Numbered from the stretch's first letter, positions 10,366 to 20,626 are shown. The stretch: 64,000 nt of DNA from Candidatus Bathyarchaeota archaeon (GCA_963733055.1 CAVTBR010000001.1:1440001-1504000), one strand, 5' to 3'. The notes: a model not told the origin generated them from the sequence alone. Numbers and translations are program-made.

Positions 10366-10452
10366 ATGAGCGATGAAGTAGTTGCACCGATCGATGCCCC
10401 GCCGACCAACCGTAAACCGAAGAAGCGTTCAAAGCCAAAGCGCAAGCGGTAG
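10366..10452 (+). CDS. unannotated 28-aa basic peptide MSDEVVAPIDAPPTNRKPKKRSKPKRKR
   Basis: ATG preceded by AGGTGA, fills the gap between two co-oriented genes, ends in TAG. Confidence 0.5.
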   Translation: MSDEVVAPIDAPPTNRKPKKRSKPKRKR

Positions 10453-10461
10453 GCATCCCAG

Positions 10462-11205
10462 TTGAGACTCACCTTTCTGGGCTCAGGAGGGTCGGCCGTC
10501 AGTGCGAAGCGAGCCTGCCCTTCCATGCTTGTGGATGACTCAATCGTCTTTGACCTTGGGCCGGGAGCGCTTGGGAACATACGCCGATCTAGACTCGAGA
10601 CCGAGCGCATATCATCCATCTTCATCTCCCACTGCCATGCAGATCACATATCGGACCTCATCCCGTTCCTGTGGGCCATTCAGATCGACGGGCGCAAGAA
10701 CCCACTACAAATCACCGGACCGCCGGGATTCAAACTAATCTTACAGAAACTGCGAGAGTGCACGAATACACCGGACACATTCTTCACGTTCCCCTTGACA
10801 ATTACCGAGATACAGTTCGGCGACAGAGTTGGCGACATTCAAACCTGCCTAACAGACCACAGTGTCCCCACCTTAGCATTCAGGCTTGATTCACAAGGAA
10901 AATCGATCTGCTACGGCGCTGACACAATCTATTCACCCGTACTCATCCGATTGGCACGGGATGTAGACCTCCTAGTCCACGAAGCAACATTCCTCGAGGA
11001 CCAGGCTCCGATCGCGGAATTAACCAAGCACTCCACCGCACGAATGGCCGGAAGGACTGGAAAAGAAGCGGGTGCAGGGAAGTTGGCGTTGTTCCATATT
11101 CCTCCCCCTAACGATCACAGGGAGGACGAATTCATGCATGAGGCCACTCAGGAATATGGAAGCGAGGTGACGCTCGCAACGGATTTGGCCCAAATCGAGA
11201 TTTGA
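10462..11205 (+). CDS. MBL-fold hydrolase, RNase Z/BN-like
   Basis: FLGSG, SHCHADH, HEATF, HST, LFH motifs. Confidence 0.88.
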   Translation: MRLTFLGSGGSAVSAKRACPSMLVDDSIVFDLGPGALGNIRRSRLETERISSIFISHCHADHISDLIPFLWAIQIDGRKNPLQITGPPGFKLILQKLRECTNTPDTFFTFPLTITEIQFGDRVGDIQTCLTDHSVPTLAFRLDSQGKSICYGADTIYSPVLIRLARDVDLLVHEATFLEDQAPIAELTKHSTARMAGRTGKEAGAGKLALFHIPPPNDHREDEFMHEATQEYGSEVTLATDLAQIEI

Positions 11206-11269
11206 GCGTTGTCGGAATTATAGCTTAAATTCCGAATCATCATAGTTGCAATGACAAGGAGTCAAACCA

Positions 11270-12745
11270 ATGAAAGCCGAGGAGACCTCCAGGCAATCAT
11301 TTCTATCGAAGTTCAGGGACATACAAGTTGCGTTAACATTTCGCGATGTAGTAATTCTTCCCGGAAGAGCTGAAGTTGAGCCTAGCGAAGTCGACGTGCA
11401 CACGCGTGTAACAAAGACGCATGCACTCAATATTCCGTTTGTGTCGTCGCCGATGGACACGGTCACGGAGAGCGACATGGCGATCGCGATTGCGCGGCAA
11501 GGTGGGCTGGGTGTTGTTCACAGAAACTGCTCTACAGAAGAGCAGGTGCAGATGGTAAAGCGAGTCAAAAGAGCAGAGGCACTCGTAATACGGGACGTGG
11601 TAACGGTCACGCCTACCAACACAGTCGGGCAAACGTTAGCGCTCATGGAGCAACACAACATCTCGGGTTTTCCTGTGGTTGATGGGACGAAGCTCGTTGG
11701 CATAGTGACGGGTCGTGACCTACGATTTTCACAGCCCGCCCTACTTGTGAAGCAGGTTATGACTAAGGATGTCGTAAAAGCAGAGGAGGGAACGACGTTG
11801 GAGGAGGCCCAACGTCTGCTTCACGATAATAAGATCGAGAAATTGCCAATCGTTAACGAGGTCGGCGAACTTTCAGGCCTAATGACCTTCAAAGACATAC
11901 TCTTGAGGGGGAAATACCCCGACGCTGCACGGGACGAGACCGGCCATCTCTTATGCGCCGCAGCCGTGTCGCCCTTCGACTTGGATAGGGCGAAGAAGCT
12001 CGACGAATACGCTGACATTCTAATCACGGACGTTTCACATTTCCATAATGAAAACGTCTTCAGAGCCACCAAGAAAATCCTGGCGGAAGTTTCAGCCGAC
12101 GTCATTGTTGGAAACATAGGAACCTTCGAAGCGGCTGAAGACGTGATCACGGAATTGGAACATGTAAGCGGCTTCAGGGTGGGTATTGGATCGGGGTCAA
12201 TCTGTACGACGGCAGAGATAACAAAAGCTGGATCACCAACCCTGTTCGCAACCGCTCAGGTTTCGGATGCGGTGGAGAAATATGCGGCTAAGATACCGAT
12301 AATCGCTGATGGGGGCATCCGAACTCCTGGTGATGTGGCAATCGCTCTGACCGCTGGCGCGTCTGCTGTAATGATTGGAAACCTCTTTGCCAGGTGTAAG
12401 GAATCCCCTGGAACTCTGATTACGATCGGAGGCCGATACTACAAACAATACCGGGGCATGGGAAGTCCAACTGCACGTGCGAAGAGGTACTCGCTCGACC
12501 GCTACAGCATGCCCTCCAAAGGCGTCCCAGAAGGAGTTGAGGGTTGGGTTCCCTACAAGGGCGAAGTCACGAATGCTCTCGACGAATTAGTCTCGGGCCT
12601 CCGCGCATCAATGGGATACGCCGGCGCACGGAATATCGAGGAACTTTGGAGCAAGGCAAAGTTAGCCGCGCTAAGCCCATCAGGCGCTCAAGAAGCAGGA
12701 CCCCACGACATACTGCTACCCAGCGAATCACAAGATAGATTGTAG
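11270..12745 (+). CDS. guaB: IMP dehydrogenase with CBS pair
   Basis: SSPMDTVTE, GIGSGSICTT, IIADGGI, YRGMGS, VPEGVEG. Confidence 0.97.
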   Translation: MKAEETSRQSFLSKFRDIQVALTFRDVVILPGRAEVEPSEVDVHTRVTKTHALNIPFVSSPMDTVTESDMAIAIARQGGLGVVHRNCSTEEQVQMVKRVKRAEALVIRDVVTVTPTNTVGQTLALMEQHNISGFPVVDGTKLVGIVTGRDLRFSQPALLVKQVMTKDVVKAEEGTTLEEAQRLLHDNKIEKLPIVNEVGELSGLMTFKDILLRGKYPDAARDETGHLLCAAAVSPFDLDRAKKLDEYADILITDVSHFHNENVFRATKKILAEVSADVIVGNIGTFEAAEDVITELEHVSGFRVGIGSGSICTTAEITKAGSPTLFATAQVSDAVEKYAAKIPIIADGGIRTPGDVAIALTAGASAVMIGNLFARCKESPGTLITIGGRYYKQYRGMGSPTARAKRYSLDRYSMPSKGVPEGVEGWVPYKGEVTNALDELVSGLRASMGYAGARNIEELWSKAKLAALSPSGAQEAGPHDILLPSESQDRL

Positions 12746-12772
12746 ATTGGAAGACCGACATACACTGTTTAT

Positions 12773-12786
12773 ATAACCTCTGTCAT
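12773..12786. promoter_or_regulatory. palindromic box ATAAC-N4-GTCAT overlapping the TATA box of the HTH regulator
   Basis: ATAACCTCTGTCAT overlapping TTTATATA; related boxes at 16639 and 17508. Confidence 0.55.
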
Positions 12787-12809
12787 ACTCGGAATCGTGG
12801 AACTATTCT

Positions 12810-13193
12810 ATGCCTATGATTCTCCCTGAAGAGCTAGCTTCGAAATCCGTAATCCCAGCTATCCGGGCGTTGGTTGTGAAGCGCCTCGTCGAGGAGCATG
12901 GGATGACTCAACAGGAGGCGGCGAAACTTCTTGGAGTAACGCAACCAGCCGTCAGCAAATACCTTCACGAAAAGCGCGGCGCAGCGATCAAGCTCAAGGG
13001 AATAAAGGAGGTTGACCAAGCAACGGGAGAGATCGCGCAGCTTGTATCGACGCAAAAGGTCCCCCAGATTGAGGTCATGAGTAAGATCGAGGCAGCATGC
13101 GACTACGTTCGGAGAAACAGGTACATGTGCGACCTTCACAAGAAACTCGAACCAACCATGGACGTAGACTCCTGCCACGTATGCGAACAGTGA
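12810..13193 (+). CDS. HTH regulator with C-terminal Cys/His cluster
   Basis: MTQQEAAKLLGVTQPAVSKY HTH; CDLH...CHVC. Confidence 0.88.
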   Translation: MPMILPEELASKSVIPAIRALVVKRLVEEHGMTQQEAAKLLGVTQPAVSKYLHEKRGAAIKLKGIKEVDQATGEIAQLVSTQKVPQIEVMSKIEAACDYVRRNRYMCDLHKKLEPTMDVDSCHVCEQ

Positions 13194-13237
13194 TCAAAGC
13201 GGTTAACGCGATTACAGAATCGCCGGTGTTTTGATTA

Positions 13238-13699
13238 ATGGACATAAAAGTGAAAGCGGGAGACCCAGCTCCTGATTTTGAAGGCCCAACATCAGATGGA
13301 AGTAAGCTGGGGCTGAAGGACTTTGTAGGAAAGAAGAACGTAGTACTCTACTTCTACCCCAAGGATGACACACCCGGGTGCACAAGGGAAGCGTGCAGCT
13401 TCAGGGACAACCTGCAACCGATCAGGGACATGGGTGCGGAAATTATTGGAGTCAGCTTGGACAGCATCCAGTCTCACGGTAGGTTCGCTTCAAAATATGG
13501 GCTAAAGTTTCCACTCATCAGCGATAAGGAGAAACGAATCGCCAACGCGTATGGAGTCCTTAAGGACACGGGAACGGGCGCAAGCCGCGTAACATTCATC
13601 ATCGACAAGTCAGGTAAGATTGCGAAAGTGTTCCCGAAAGTCGACGTAACGAAGCACACCGAGGAAGTTGTGTCCGCTCTGAAAGAGCTGGCTTCGTAG
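13238..13699 (+). CDS. bcp: peroxiredoxin Q/BCP
   Basis: YFYPKDDTPGCTREAC. Confidence 0.96.
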   Translation: MDIKVKAGDPAPDFEGPTSDGSKLGLKDFVGKKNVVLYFYPKDDTPGCTREACSFRDNLQPIRDMGAEIIGVSLDSIQSHGRFASKYGLKFPLISDKEKRIANAYGVLKDTGTGASRVTFIIDKSGKIAKVFPKVDVTKHTEEVVSALKELAS

Positions 13700-13804
13700 C
13701 CCGTGCAGTCATGTCTGTCATTGATGCGACATGTCCCAATAAGTCGACAAAGTTTTTCAATGGTGTAGGCACCCCCGTGTGCGTAGCCTAACGGTCGGGA
13801 TAGA

Positions 13805-14323
13805 ATGAGCCAGGAAACTCTCCAGGACTTCGCTGGGGTTTGGATTGGGAAGATAAGCGAAGTTGTTAGGTCGATAACTGGCTCGGGCCCGATCAAGTTC
13901 ATGATCAACTGGAGCCGCATGTACGCCCTCTGGCCAGTTCACATCACAACCGCTTGTTGCAGCGCTGAGTTTGGCGCGATGATGGGCCCACGCTTGGACC
14001 CCGAGAGGTTCGGATTTCAAGCGGTAGCCGGTGGGCTGAGGCAGTGCGATCTCATCATCGTCGAAGGTACAGTCACGAAGAAGATGGCGAAGCGGTTGAA
14101 GATAGTTTACGAGCAGATGGCGAAACCACGGTACGTAATCGCGATGGGAGACTGCGCGTGTTCCGGTGGACTGTTTCACGATTCATACAGCATAGTAAAC
14201 GACGTCCACAAAATCTTCCCAGTAGACGTATACATCCCCGGATGCCCCCCAAGGCCCGAAGCGCTCCTCAGCGCAATCGTGAAGCTACGCGAGAAGATCC
14301 GCAGAGAAGAGGTATTCGCCTAG
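13805..14323 (+). CDS. nuoB: complex I-like subunit B (NuoB/FpoB)
   Basis: TACCSAE, AMGDCACSGG, VDVYIPGCPPRPEA. Confidence 0.93.
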   Translation: MSQETLQDFAGVWIGKISEVVRSITGSGPIKFMINWSRMYALWPVHITTACCSAEFGAMMGPRLDPERFGFQAVAGGLRQCDLIIVEGTVTKKMAKRLKIVYEQMAKPRYVIAMGDCACSGGLFHDSYSIVNDVHKIFPVDVYIPGCPPRPEALLSAIVKLREKIRREEVFA

Positions 14324-14817
14324 TGGCCACCCAAACCCCTACTAGAGAAGAAGACTTAGTGAACAAGCTGAAGACACATTTCCCGGACGCGATCAAAGAT
14401 TCGAAGATCGAAGGAAAGCATCGCATAACAATCCACTTCGACAAGGATAAGCTGCTTGACATCGCGCGGTACATGTGCGACGAACTTGGCTTCGACCACG
14501 TCAAGGGAGTGGCTGGCGTCGACGACCCAACACACAAGAAGATCGAGGTCCTCTACTTCACGGGTTCGTTCTCAAAACCAGAGATAGAAGATCTAATCGT
14601 GATTCTACAAGCTGACCTACCTCGCGACAACCCGACGATCGCCTCAGCCACCTCCGTATGGGAGAGCACTCATTTTCACGAACGGGAGACTTTCGAAATG
14701 TTCGGTGTAAAGTTCGAAGGACACCCGGACCTTAGAAAACTGTTGACTCTAGATAACTGGGAAGGACCACCGCCGATGCTGAAGGATATCAAATTCCCAG
14801 AGATGGGACAGCGATGA
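14323..14817 (+). CDS. nuoC: complex I-like subunit C
   Basis: HERETFEMFGVKFEGHPDLR. Start placed at the GTG overlapping the nuoB stop. Confidence 0.9.
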   Translation: MATQTPTREEDLVNKLKTHFPDAIKDSKIEGKHRITIHFDKDKLLDIARYMCDELGFDHVKGVAGVDDPTHKKIEVLYFTGSFSKPEIEDLIVILQADLPRDNPTIASATSVWESTHFHERETFEMFGVKFEGHPDLRKLLTLDNWEGPPPMLKDIKFPEMGQR

Positions 14818-15968
14818 CCACAAACCCGGCCCCGGACCAAATGAAGCCTCCTCCCTCGCAAATCACTATGACGGCCGCGAAGGAACCTGGAACGCTGGAT
14901 GTGTCGGTTGGGCCGCAACACCCGGGCTCAGGCCACTTACGAATGCTCATGCGCGTTGACGGCGATTACATAGTCGGCGTCGACCCAGATATTGGATATG
15001 TTCACCGTGGCTGTGAGAAGATCGCCGAATACCGAACCGCAGTGAGCAACATCCCACATTTAGAGAGGCCTTGCATCATCGATGCAATCCACCTCAACTG
15101 GGGCTATGTTATGCCAATCGAGGAAATGCAGGGGGTGGTGGTTCCTCCACGCGGGCAGTACATCTCTACGATAGCCGCGGAGATGAACCGTATCATGAGC
15201 CACCTGTACTGGTTGGCAATCAACGCCGGCGTATTCTCAGGCCACACAACGATCTTCATGTACGCTTTCGGGGACCGGGACCTGTTCATAGAATTGGCTG
15301 AGATGTTGACCGGTGCCAGGTTAACCTACTCGTTCCTTGCACCCGGAGGACCGAGACGTGACCTTCCCGCAGAATTCCAAGACCGCCTCCTCAAACTGCT
15401 CGACTATTTCGAGAGGCGGCTCGTCGAATACGACCGCATATTCTTCAGCAACCCACTCGTCATCGCCCGAGCGAAAGGCATAGGCACACTCAAGCGCGAA
15501 GAGGCCATAAAGCTCGGCCTCACGGGCCCTGTTCTCCGCGGGTCGGGCGTCAAATACGATGTTCGTAAGGTGGAGCCATACGGCGCCTACGCTGACCTAG
15601 ATTTTGAAATCCCGGTTTTCGAAGAAGGCGACTCCTACGCGCGATTCCTAGTTCGATTCGAAGAGATGAAACAGAGCATCAAGATAATTCGCCAAGCACT
15701 GGAGAAGATGCCAAAGGGACCGATCGCACGAAAAGCTCCTCTGATTATACCGGAGGGGGAAGCGGTCGGCCGCGTTGAATCCTCCCGCGGTGAACTAACT
15801 TACATGGTCAAGGGCGACAACAGCGATAAACCGAGCAGAGTGAAAATCATGAACGGTTCGTTTCGAACCCTCATCGCATTGCCCTACCTAATTCGAAACG
15901 TCCACGTCGCAGACATGCCAATAATTTACGGCAGCTTAGACTACTGGCCCGTAGAGGCGGACCGCTAA
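14814..15968 (+). CDS. nuoD: complex I-like subunit D
   Basis: GPQHP, IGYVHRGCEK, GPVLRGSG, ESSRGE, C-terminal EADR; no NiFe CxxC pairs. Confidence 0.93.
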   Translation: MTTNPAPDQMKPPPSQITMTAAKEPGTLDVSVGPQHPGSGHLRMLMRVDGDYIVGVDPDIGYVHRGCEKIAEYRTAVSNIPHLERPCIIDAIHLNWGYVMPIEEMQGVVVPPRGQYISTIAAEMNRIMSHLYWLAINAGVFSGHTTIFMYAFGDRDLFIELAEMLTGARLTYSFLAPGGPRRDLPAEFQDRLLKLLDYFERRLVEYDRIFFSNPLVIARAKGIGTLKREEAIKLGLTGPVLRGSGVKYDVRKVEPYGAYADLDFEIPVFEEGDSYARFLVRFEEMKQSIKIIRQALEKMPKGPIARKAPLIIPEGEAVGRVESSRGELTYMVKGDNSDKPSRVKIMNGSFRTLIALPYLIRNVHVADMPIIYGSLDYWPVEADR

Positions 15969-15982
15969 AGAGGTTTCCCCCC

Positions 15983-16471
15983 ATGGTTTTCGCGGCTATG
16001 TACGAAGGAATCAAGCACATCTTCAAACGAACATTCACAATGAAATACCCCTACCAGAAAATACAGCTACCCAAGGGGTACAGGGGAAGACACATCCTAT
16101 ACATGGAGAAGTGCACCGGATGCGGAATCTGCGCCTGGATCTGTCCCGAGAGGTGCATATCATTCGTCCCACCTGCAGATGGGAATGAACACCCGCAGAA
16201 CCCTGAGAATAGATTTCCACAGTACTGGTACGCACGCTGCTGTTTTTGTCATTTCTGCACAGATTATTGTCCCACTGGAGCATTGGATTACTCGCCAGAC
16301 TACGAACTTGCGGAATACGATCGTGAACTTCTCGTCTGGAGCCCCGAACGCCTTGCAAAGTTACCTACGAACAACGGCAATTACCGGTCGGAGTTTCATG
16401 GAGACAAGGGGCGCATGGGAGTCACTTACGAACGTGTGGACCCGCAACCTAAAGCTGCTGAGGCTCAGTGA
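15983..16471 (+). CDS. nuoI: complex I-like subunit I, 2x[4Fe-4S]
   Basis: CTGCGICAWICP and CCFCHFCTDYCP. Confidence 0.92.
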   Translation: MVFAAMYEGIKHIFKRTFTMKYPYQKIQLPKGYRGRHILYMEKCTGCGICAWICPERCISFVPPADGNEHPQNPENRFPQYWYARCCFCHFCTDYCPTGALDYSPDYELAEYDRELLVWSPERLAKLPTNNGNYRSEFHGDKGRMGVTYERVDPQPKAAEAQ

Positions 16472-16638
16472 GAACTCTTAGGAGCCGGTTCGCGATTTAC
16501 GTCGAAGATGTTGAGTAACTATGTCGGATGTTACGGATCACATTCAACGTAATATTGAGAAGAGGACGAAGGCGCGGAAGCGGAAGCGCGGCCCTTATCG
16601 GAAGTCGTCGCCGCTGCCGATTGGGCTCTGAGCTTTTC

Positions 16639-16660
16639 ATAACGTACGTCATATTTAATA
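16639..16660. promoter_or_regulatory. ATAAC-N4-GTCAT box abutting the TATA-like element of sufC
   Basis: ATAACGTACGTCAT followed by ATTTAATA, about 50 nt upstream of sufC. Confidence 0.55.
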
Positions 16661-16707
16661 GCGCCAAATTCCTCTACCCGAACAAAACCTGTACGGAATG
16701 AAAACGA

Positions 16708-17496
16708 ATGCCAACAACACTCGAAATCAAAGACCTTCATGCTAGCATCGAAGGCAAACAGATTCTGAAAGGAGTCAACCTGAAAGTTGCGCAAGGAGAA
16801 ATTCATGCGATCATGGGCCCAAACGGCTCGGGAAAGAGCACGTTAGCAAACACGCTGATGGGCCACCCGAAGTACAAAGTTGACAGCGGAGACATCCTGG
16901 TAGACGGGGAGAGTATCGTGGGCATGGCACCGGACCTTCGCGCGAAGAAAGGTCTCTTCTTAGCGTTCCAGTACCCTCTAGAAATTTCCGGCGTCCCACT
17001 CGCACAATTCCTCCGCTCAGCCTACAGATCGCTTCATGGCGAAGCGAAGAGCGACACCAAGGGCGTCGGGGGTGAGATGATCTCGGCTCTTGCATTCAAG
17101 AAGAAGCTGGAGGAGAAATTGAAAGAGGTTGATATGGACCCCGCATTTACGAAGCGGTACTTGAACGAAGGATTCTCGGGCGGCGAGAAGAAAAGGGCCG
17201 AGGTTCTTCAGATGGCAATTCTCCAACCCGCGATTGCGATTATGGATGAGACTGATTCGGGTTTGGATATTGATGCGGTTAGGAAGGTTGCTGAGGTTGT
17301 TGCGGGAATGGCTGGGCCGCAGATGGGCGTGCTATTGATCACGCATTATCAACGCATTCTTGAGTACATCAGGCCTCAGTTCGTGCACGTGATGGTGAAT
17401 GGCCGAATATTCAGGTCCGGCGGACCGGAATTGTCGAAGTTGCTTGAGGAGAAAGGGTATACGTGGATCGAGGAGGAGGCTGCTGCAACGGTTTGA
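16708..17496 (+). CDS. sufC: Fe-S assembly ATPase SufC
   Basis: GPNGSGKST, FLAFQYP, GFSGGEKKR, DETDSGLD, ITHY. Confidence 0.97.
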   Translation: MPTTLEIKDLHASIEGKQILKGVNLKVAQGEIHAIMGPNGSGKSTLANTLMGHPKYKVDSGDILVDGESIVGMAPDLRAKKGLFLAFQYPLEISGVPLAQFLRSAYRSLHGEAKSDTKGVGGEMISALAFKKKLEEKLKEVDMDPAFTKRYLNEGFSGGEKKRAEVLQMAILQPAIAIMDETDSGLDIDAVRKVAEVVAGMAGPQMGVLLITHYQRILEYIRPQFVHVMVNGRIFRSGGPELSKLLEEKGYTWIEEEAAATV

Positions 17497-17507
17497 AGGG
17501 AACCCTT

Positions 17508-17521
17508 ATTACGTATGTCAT
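17508..17521. promoter_or_regulatory. variant box ATTAC-N4-GTCAT upstream of sufB
   Basis: ATTACGTATGTCAT overlapping a TTATTA element. Confidence 0.45.
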
Positions 17522-17543
17522 GCGAGGGGCTCAGTGATTAACG

Positions 17544-18947
17544 ATGGCGACCAAGCAGACCCTCGACATTGACTATACTAAGTACAACTTCCGAGACTCC
17601 ACCGAAGATTACGAGTACAAGTTTCCACCTGGATTGACCAGGGAAGTTGTCGAGAGAATTTCTAAGATAAAGAAGGAACCTGACTGGATGCTCCAGTTCA
17701 GGCTGCGCGCTTATGATCACTACTTGAAGAGGCCCTTGCCCATGTGGGGCGGGGACCTTACCACTCTCAAGTTCGACGAAATGCTATACTACGCAAGCCC
17801 CACCGAGAAGAAAAGCCGCTCATGGGAAGACGTCCCCCCGTACATCAAGAACACCTTCGACAAACTGGGAATACCAGAAGCCGAACAGAAGTTCTTGGGT
17901 GGCGTTGGAGCTCAATACGAATCCGAAGTCGTATACCACAGCCTCAGAGACGACCTCGCGAAGAAAGGAATCATCTTCAAGGACACCGACACGGCTCTAC
18001 GTGAAAACCCGGACATATTCAAGAAATATTTCGGGACCGTAGTTCCACCTGAGGATAACAAGTTCGCTGCGTTGAATAGCGCTGTTTGGAGTGGTGGAAG
18101 TTTCATCTATGTGCCACCGGGAGTCACGGTTGATGTGCCGCTTCAGGCATATTTCAGAATCAACACGCAGAACATGGGACAGTTTGAGCGAACGCTCATC
18201 ATAGCCGACGAGAACAGCCGAGTCCACTACATAGAAGGTTGCACAGCCCCAATCTACTCAACCGATTCACTGCACTCGGCGGTGGTTGAGATTATTGCTA
18301 GACCCGGCGCGCAGGTGCGTTACACTACTATCCAGAATTGGTCTGGAGACGTTTACAACTTGGTCACGAAGCGAGCCTACGCATACGCCAACGCGACTGT
18401 TGAATGGGTGGACGGAAACCTCGGCAGCAAACTCACAATGAAATATCCATCAATCTACTTGCTCGGACCGGGAGCGAAGGGAGAGATTCTCTCAGTAGCA
18501 TTCGCCGGCAAAGGCCAACACCAAGATGCAGGCGGAAAGATTGTACACATAGCCCCACGCACCACGTCCCGAATCACTTCCAAATCAGTCTCAAAGGATG
18601 GGGGAAGGACAACGTACAGAGGCCTCCTACACGTAGCCAAAGGAGCTAAGCAGGTTAGATCAACCGTCAGATGCGACGCCCTACTGCTCGACGAATATTC
18701 AAGGACGGATACTTACCCGTACAACGAGATCAACGAAGACGACGCAACAACAACCCACGAGGCTTCAGTAGGCAAGGTCGGCGAAGACCAACTGTTCTAC
18801 CTAATGTCCCGCGGACTCTCAGAGCAGGAAGCACTCAGCATGATCGTTATGGGATTCATGGAACCATTCACAAAGGAACTACCAATGGAATACGCCATCG
18901 AACTAAACAGACTCATACAAATGGAAATGGCCGGCTCAGTCGGCTAA
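17544..18947 (+). CDS. sufB: Fe-S assembly protein SufB
   Basis: [40 protein letters not shown]. Confidence 0.97.
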   Translation: MATKQTLDIDYTKYNFRDSTEDYEYKFPPGLTREVVERISKIKKEPDWMLQFRLRAYDHYLKRPLPMWGGDLTTLKFDEMLYYASPTEKKSRSWEDVPPYIKNTFDKLGIPEAEQKFLGGVGAQYESEVVYHSLRDDLAKKGIIFKDTDTALRENPDIFKKYFGTVVPPEDNKFAALNSAVWSGGSFIYVPPGVTVDVPLQAYFRINTQNMGQFERTLIIADENSRVHYIEGCTAPIYSTDSLHSAVVEIIARPGAQVRYTTIQNWSGDVYNLVTKRAYAYANATVEWVDGNLGSKLTMKYPSIYLLGPGAKGEILSVAFAGKGQHQDAGGKIVHIAPRTTSRITSKSVSKDGGRTTYRGLLHVAKGAKQVRSTVRCDALLLDEYSRTDTYPYNEINEDDATTTHEASVGKVGEDQLFYLMSRGLSEQEALSMIVMGFMEPFTKELPMEYAIELNRLIQMEMAGSVG

Positions 18948-19001
18948 ACCAACCCACCTTTAACTTGTACCGAACCCTACCGTCCGAGGCAGTGCATACT
19001 A

Positions 19002-20420
19002 ATGTCGACGTTAACGCTAACCCAAGCAACCGACCAATACATCCGCTCACTTGCAGAATCTAGGAAGGAACCGGATTGGTTGCGAGAATTCCGTCTCAAG
19101 TCACTCGACCTCTTCCGAAAGCTACCGGCTGAAACTTCCAACCTTTACACCAAGTACGTGGACTTGGCTGGAGTAGATTTCGAATCTACAACGCTAACTC
19201 CTACCGAGCCTTCGAAAGCCCAAATCGAAACAGTCATGGACAAGCTGAAATCCGACAGAGCTCTCACCATATTTCAGATCGAATCGAAAACCTTCCCCGC
19301 CGACATACCCGAAGCCCTCCGAAAGGAAGGCGTAACATTCACCGACATAGGCACCGCGATTCGCAACGAACCCGAACTCTTCCGCCGCTACTTCCTTGAG
19401 AAAGCAATACTACCAGAGGAAGACAAGTTCGCCGCGTTGAATAATGCCCTCTTCACATCCGGGTTCTACCTGCGCGTGCCTAAGGGCATTGAGGTAACCG
19501 TCCCATTCAGATGCGTAACCATACTTGACGCTGAACGACACGGGACTTTCGCCCAGAACCTTGTAATGGCGGAAAACCGGAGCAAGTTCACGGTTCTCGA
19601 AGAATTATACTCAACGCGTCTGACCGCCCAATCGGAGAAATCAACCTACAGCGGCCTCTCGGAAGTGCACCTCCACGAAGGGGCAGAGGTTACTTACGGG
19701 AGCATCATGAATCTCGGCCAAAGCGTAAACGTGTTCTCGAACAAGAAGTCGATCGGGAAACAGGACAGCAAGATGGTGTGGTCCTCAGGGCTGTTGGGTG
19801 GTGCGTTTACACGTTCTCGAGTTGAGAGCGTAATGAAGGAATCGGGCGCGTCGTCTGAGAATGTTGAGGTTGTGTTTGGTGCTGGGACGCAGCGGTTCGA
19901 TACGGTTTCGAACATAACGCATAGCGGACCAAACACGAGCGGCCACGCCATCTCGAAAGGAGTGGTGAAGGATAAGTCTAGGGCGATCTTCAAGGGCATG
20001 ATTAGGATAAACAACAACGCCAAGAACTCTCGGGCCTACCTCGCGGAACACGCAATGATACTCGGCAAAGACGCTCTCGCTGATGCCATACCCGGGCTTG
20101 AAATTGACACTAATGACGTGAAGGCCACACACTCGGCGTCGGTTGCGCAGATCAATGAGGAAGAAATCTTCTACCTCATGTCCCGAGGCCTATCGGAAGA
20201 TGACTCGAAGAAACTCATCATAGTTGGATTCTTCGAACCAATAGTCGAACGAATCCCCGTACCCGAAATCGCAAAACGCATCCGCCGCATCCTCGACCTA
20301 AAGTGGTCCGGAATCTACGACTTCGCCTCCTCCCTGAACGTACCGCCGTTCGACGACGAATACTACGAAGAAGGACACAAAACCAGAGACATATTCGAAG
20401 GACACTACAAATACCGCTAG
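19002..20420 (+). CDS. sufD: Fe-S assembly protein SufD
   Basis: [38 protein letters not shown]. Confidence 0.93.
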   Translation: MSTLTLTQATDQYIRSLAESRKEPDWLREFRLKSLDLFRKLPAETSNLYTKYVDLAGVDFESTTLTPTEPSKAQIETVMDKLKSDRALTIFQIESKTFPADIPEALRKEGVTFTDIGTAIRNEPELFRRYFLEKAILPEEDKFAALNNALFTSGFYLRVPKGIEVTVPFRCVTILDAERHGTFAQNLVMAENRSKFTVLEELYSTRLTAQSEKSTYSGLSEVHLHEGAEVTYGSIMNLGQSVNVFSNKKSIGKQDSKMVWSSGLLGGAFTRSRVESVMKESGASSENVEVVFGAGTQRFDTVSNITHSGPNTSGHAISKGVVKDKSRAIFKGMIRINNNAKNSRAYLAEHAMILGKDALADAIPGLEIDTNDVKATHSASVAQINEEEIFYLMSRGLSEDDSKKLIIVGFFEPIVERIPVPEIAKRIRRILDLKWSGIYDFASSLNVPPFDDEYYEEGHKTRDIFEGHYKYR

Positions 20421-20485
20421 TGGGTTAAGAGCGGCGAAACCCCGGAAGCCTGTACGGGCCGAAACGTAGGTTCCTACCAACAAGT

Positions 20486-20505
20486 TCGATCGATTAATCG
20501 ATCGA
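20486..20505. repeat. perfect 20-bp palindrome TCGATCGATTAATCGATCGA
   Basis: Self-complementary; lies between sufD and the first accessory gene. Confidence 0.9.
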
Positions 20506-20626
20506 TCTCTGGTCATGTTTCGTTTTAGTGTGTGTGCGGTCTAGTGGTGTCCGGATGTGACTGTCCAAAGAGGAGAACTGTTGCTCGAAACGTTGGAGCG
20601 AATTGAAAATGATCACCGGACTGAGG

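Noticed and set aside
14814-15968. NiFe hydrogenase large subunit
   Set aside because: Both CxxC metal-binding motifs are missing.
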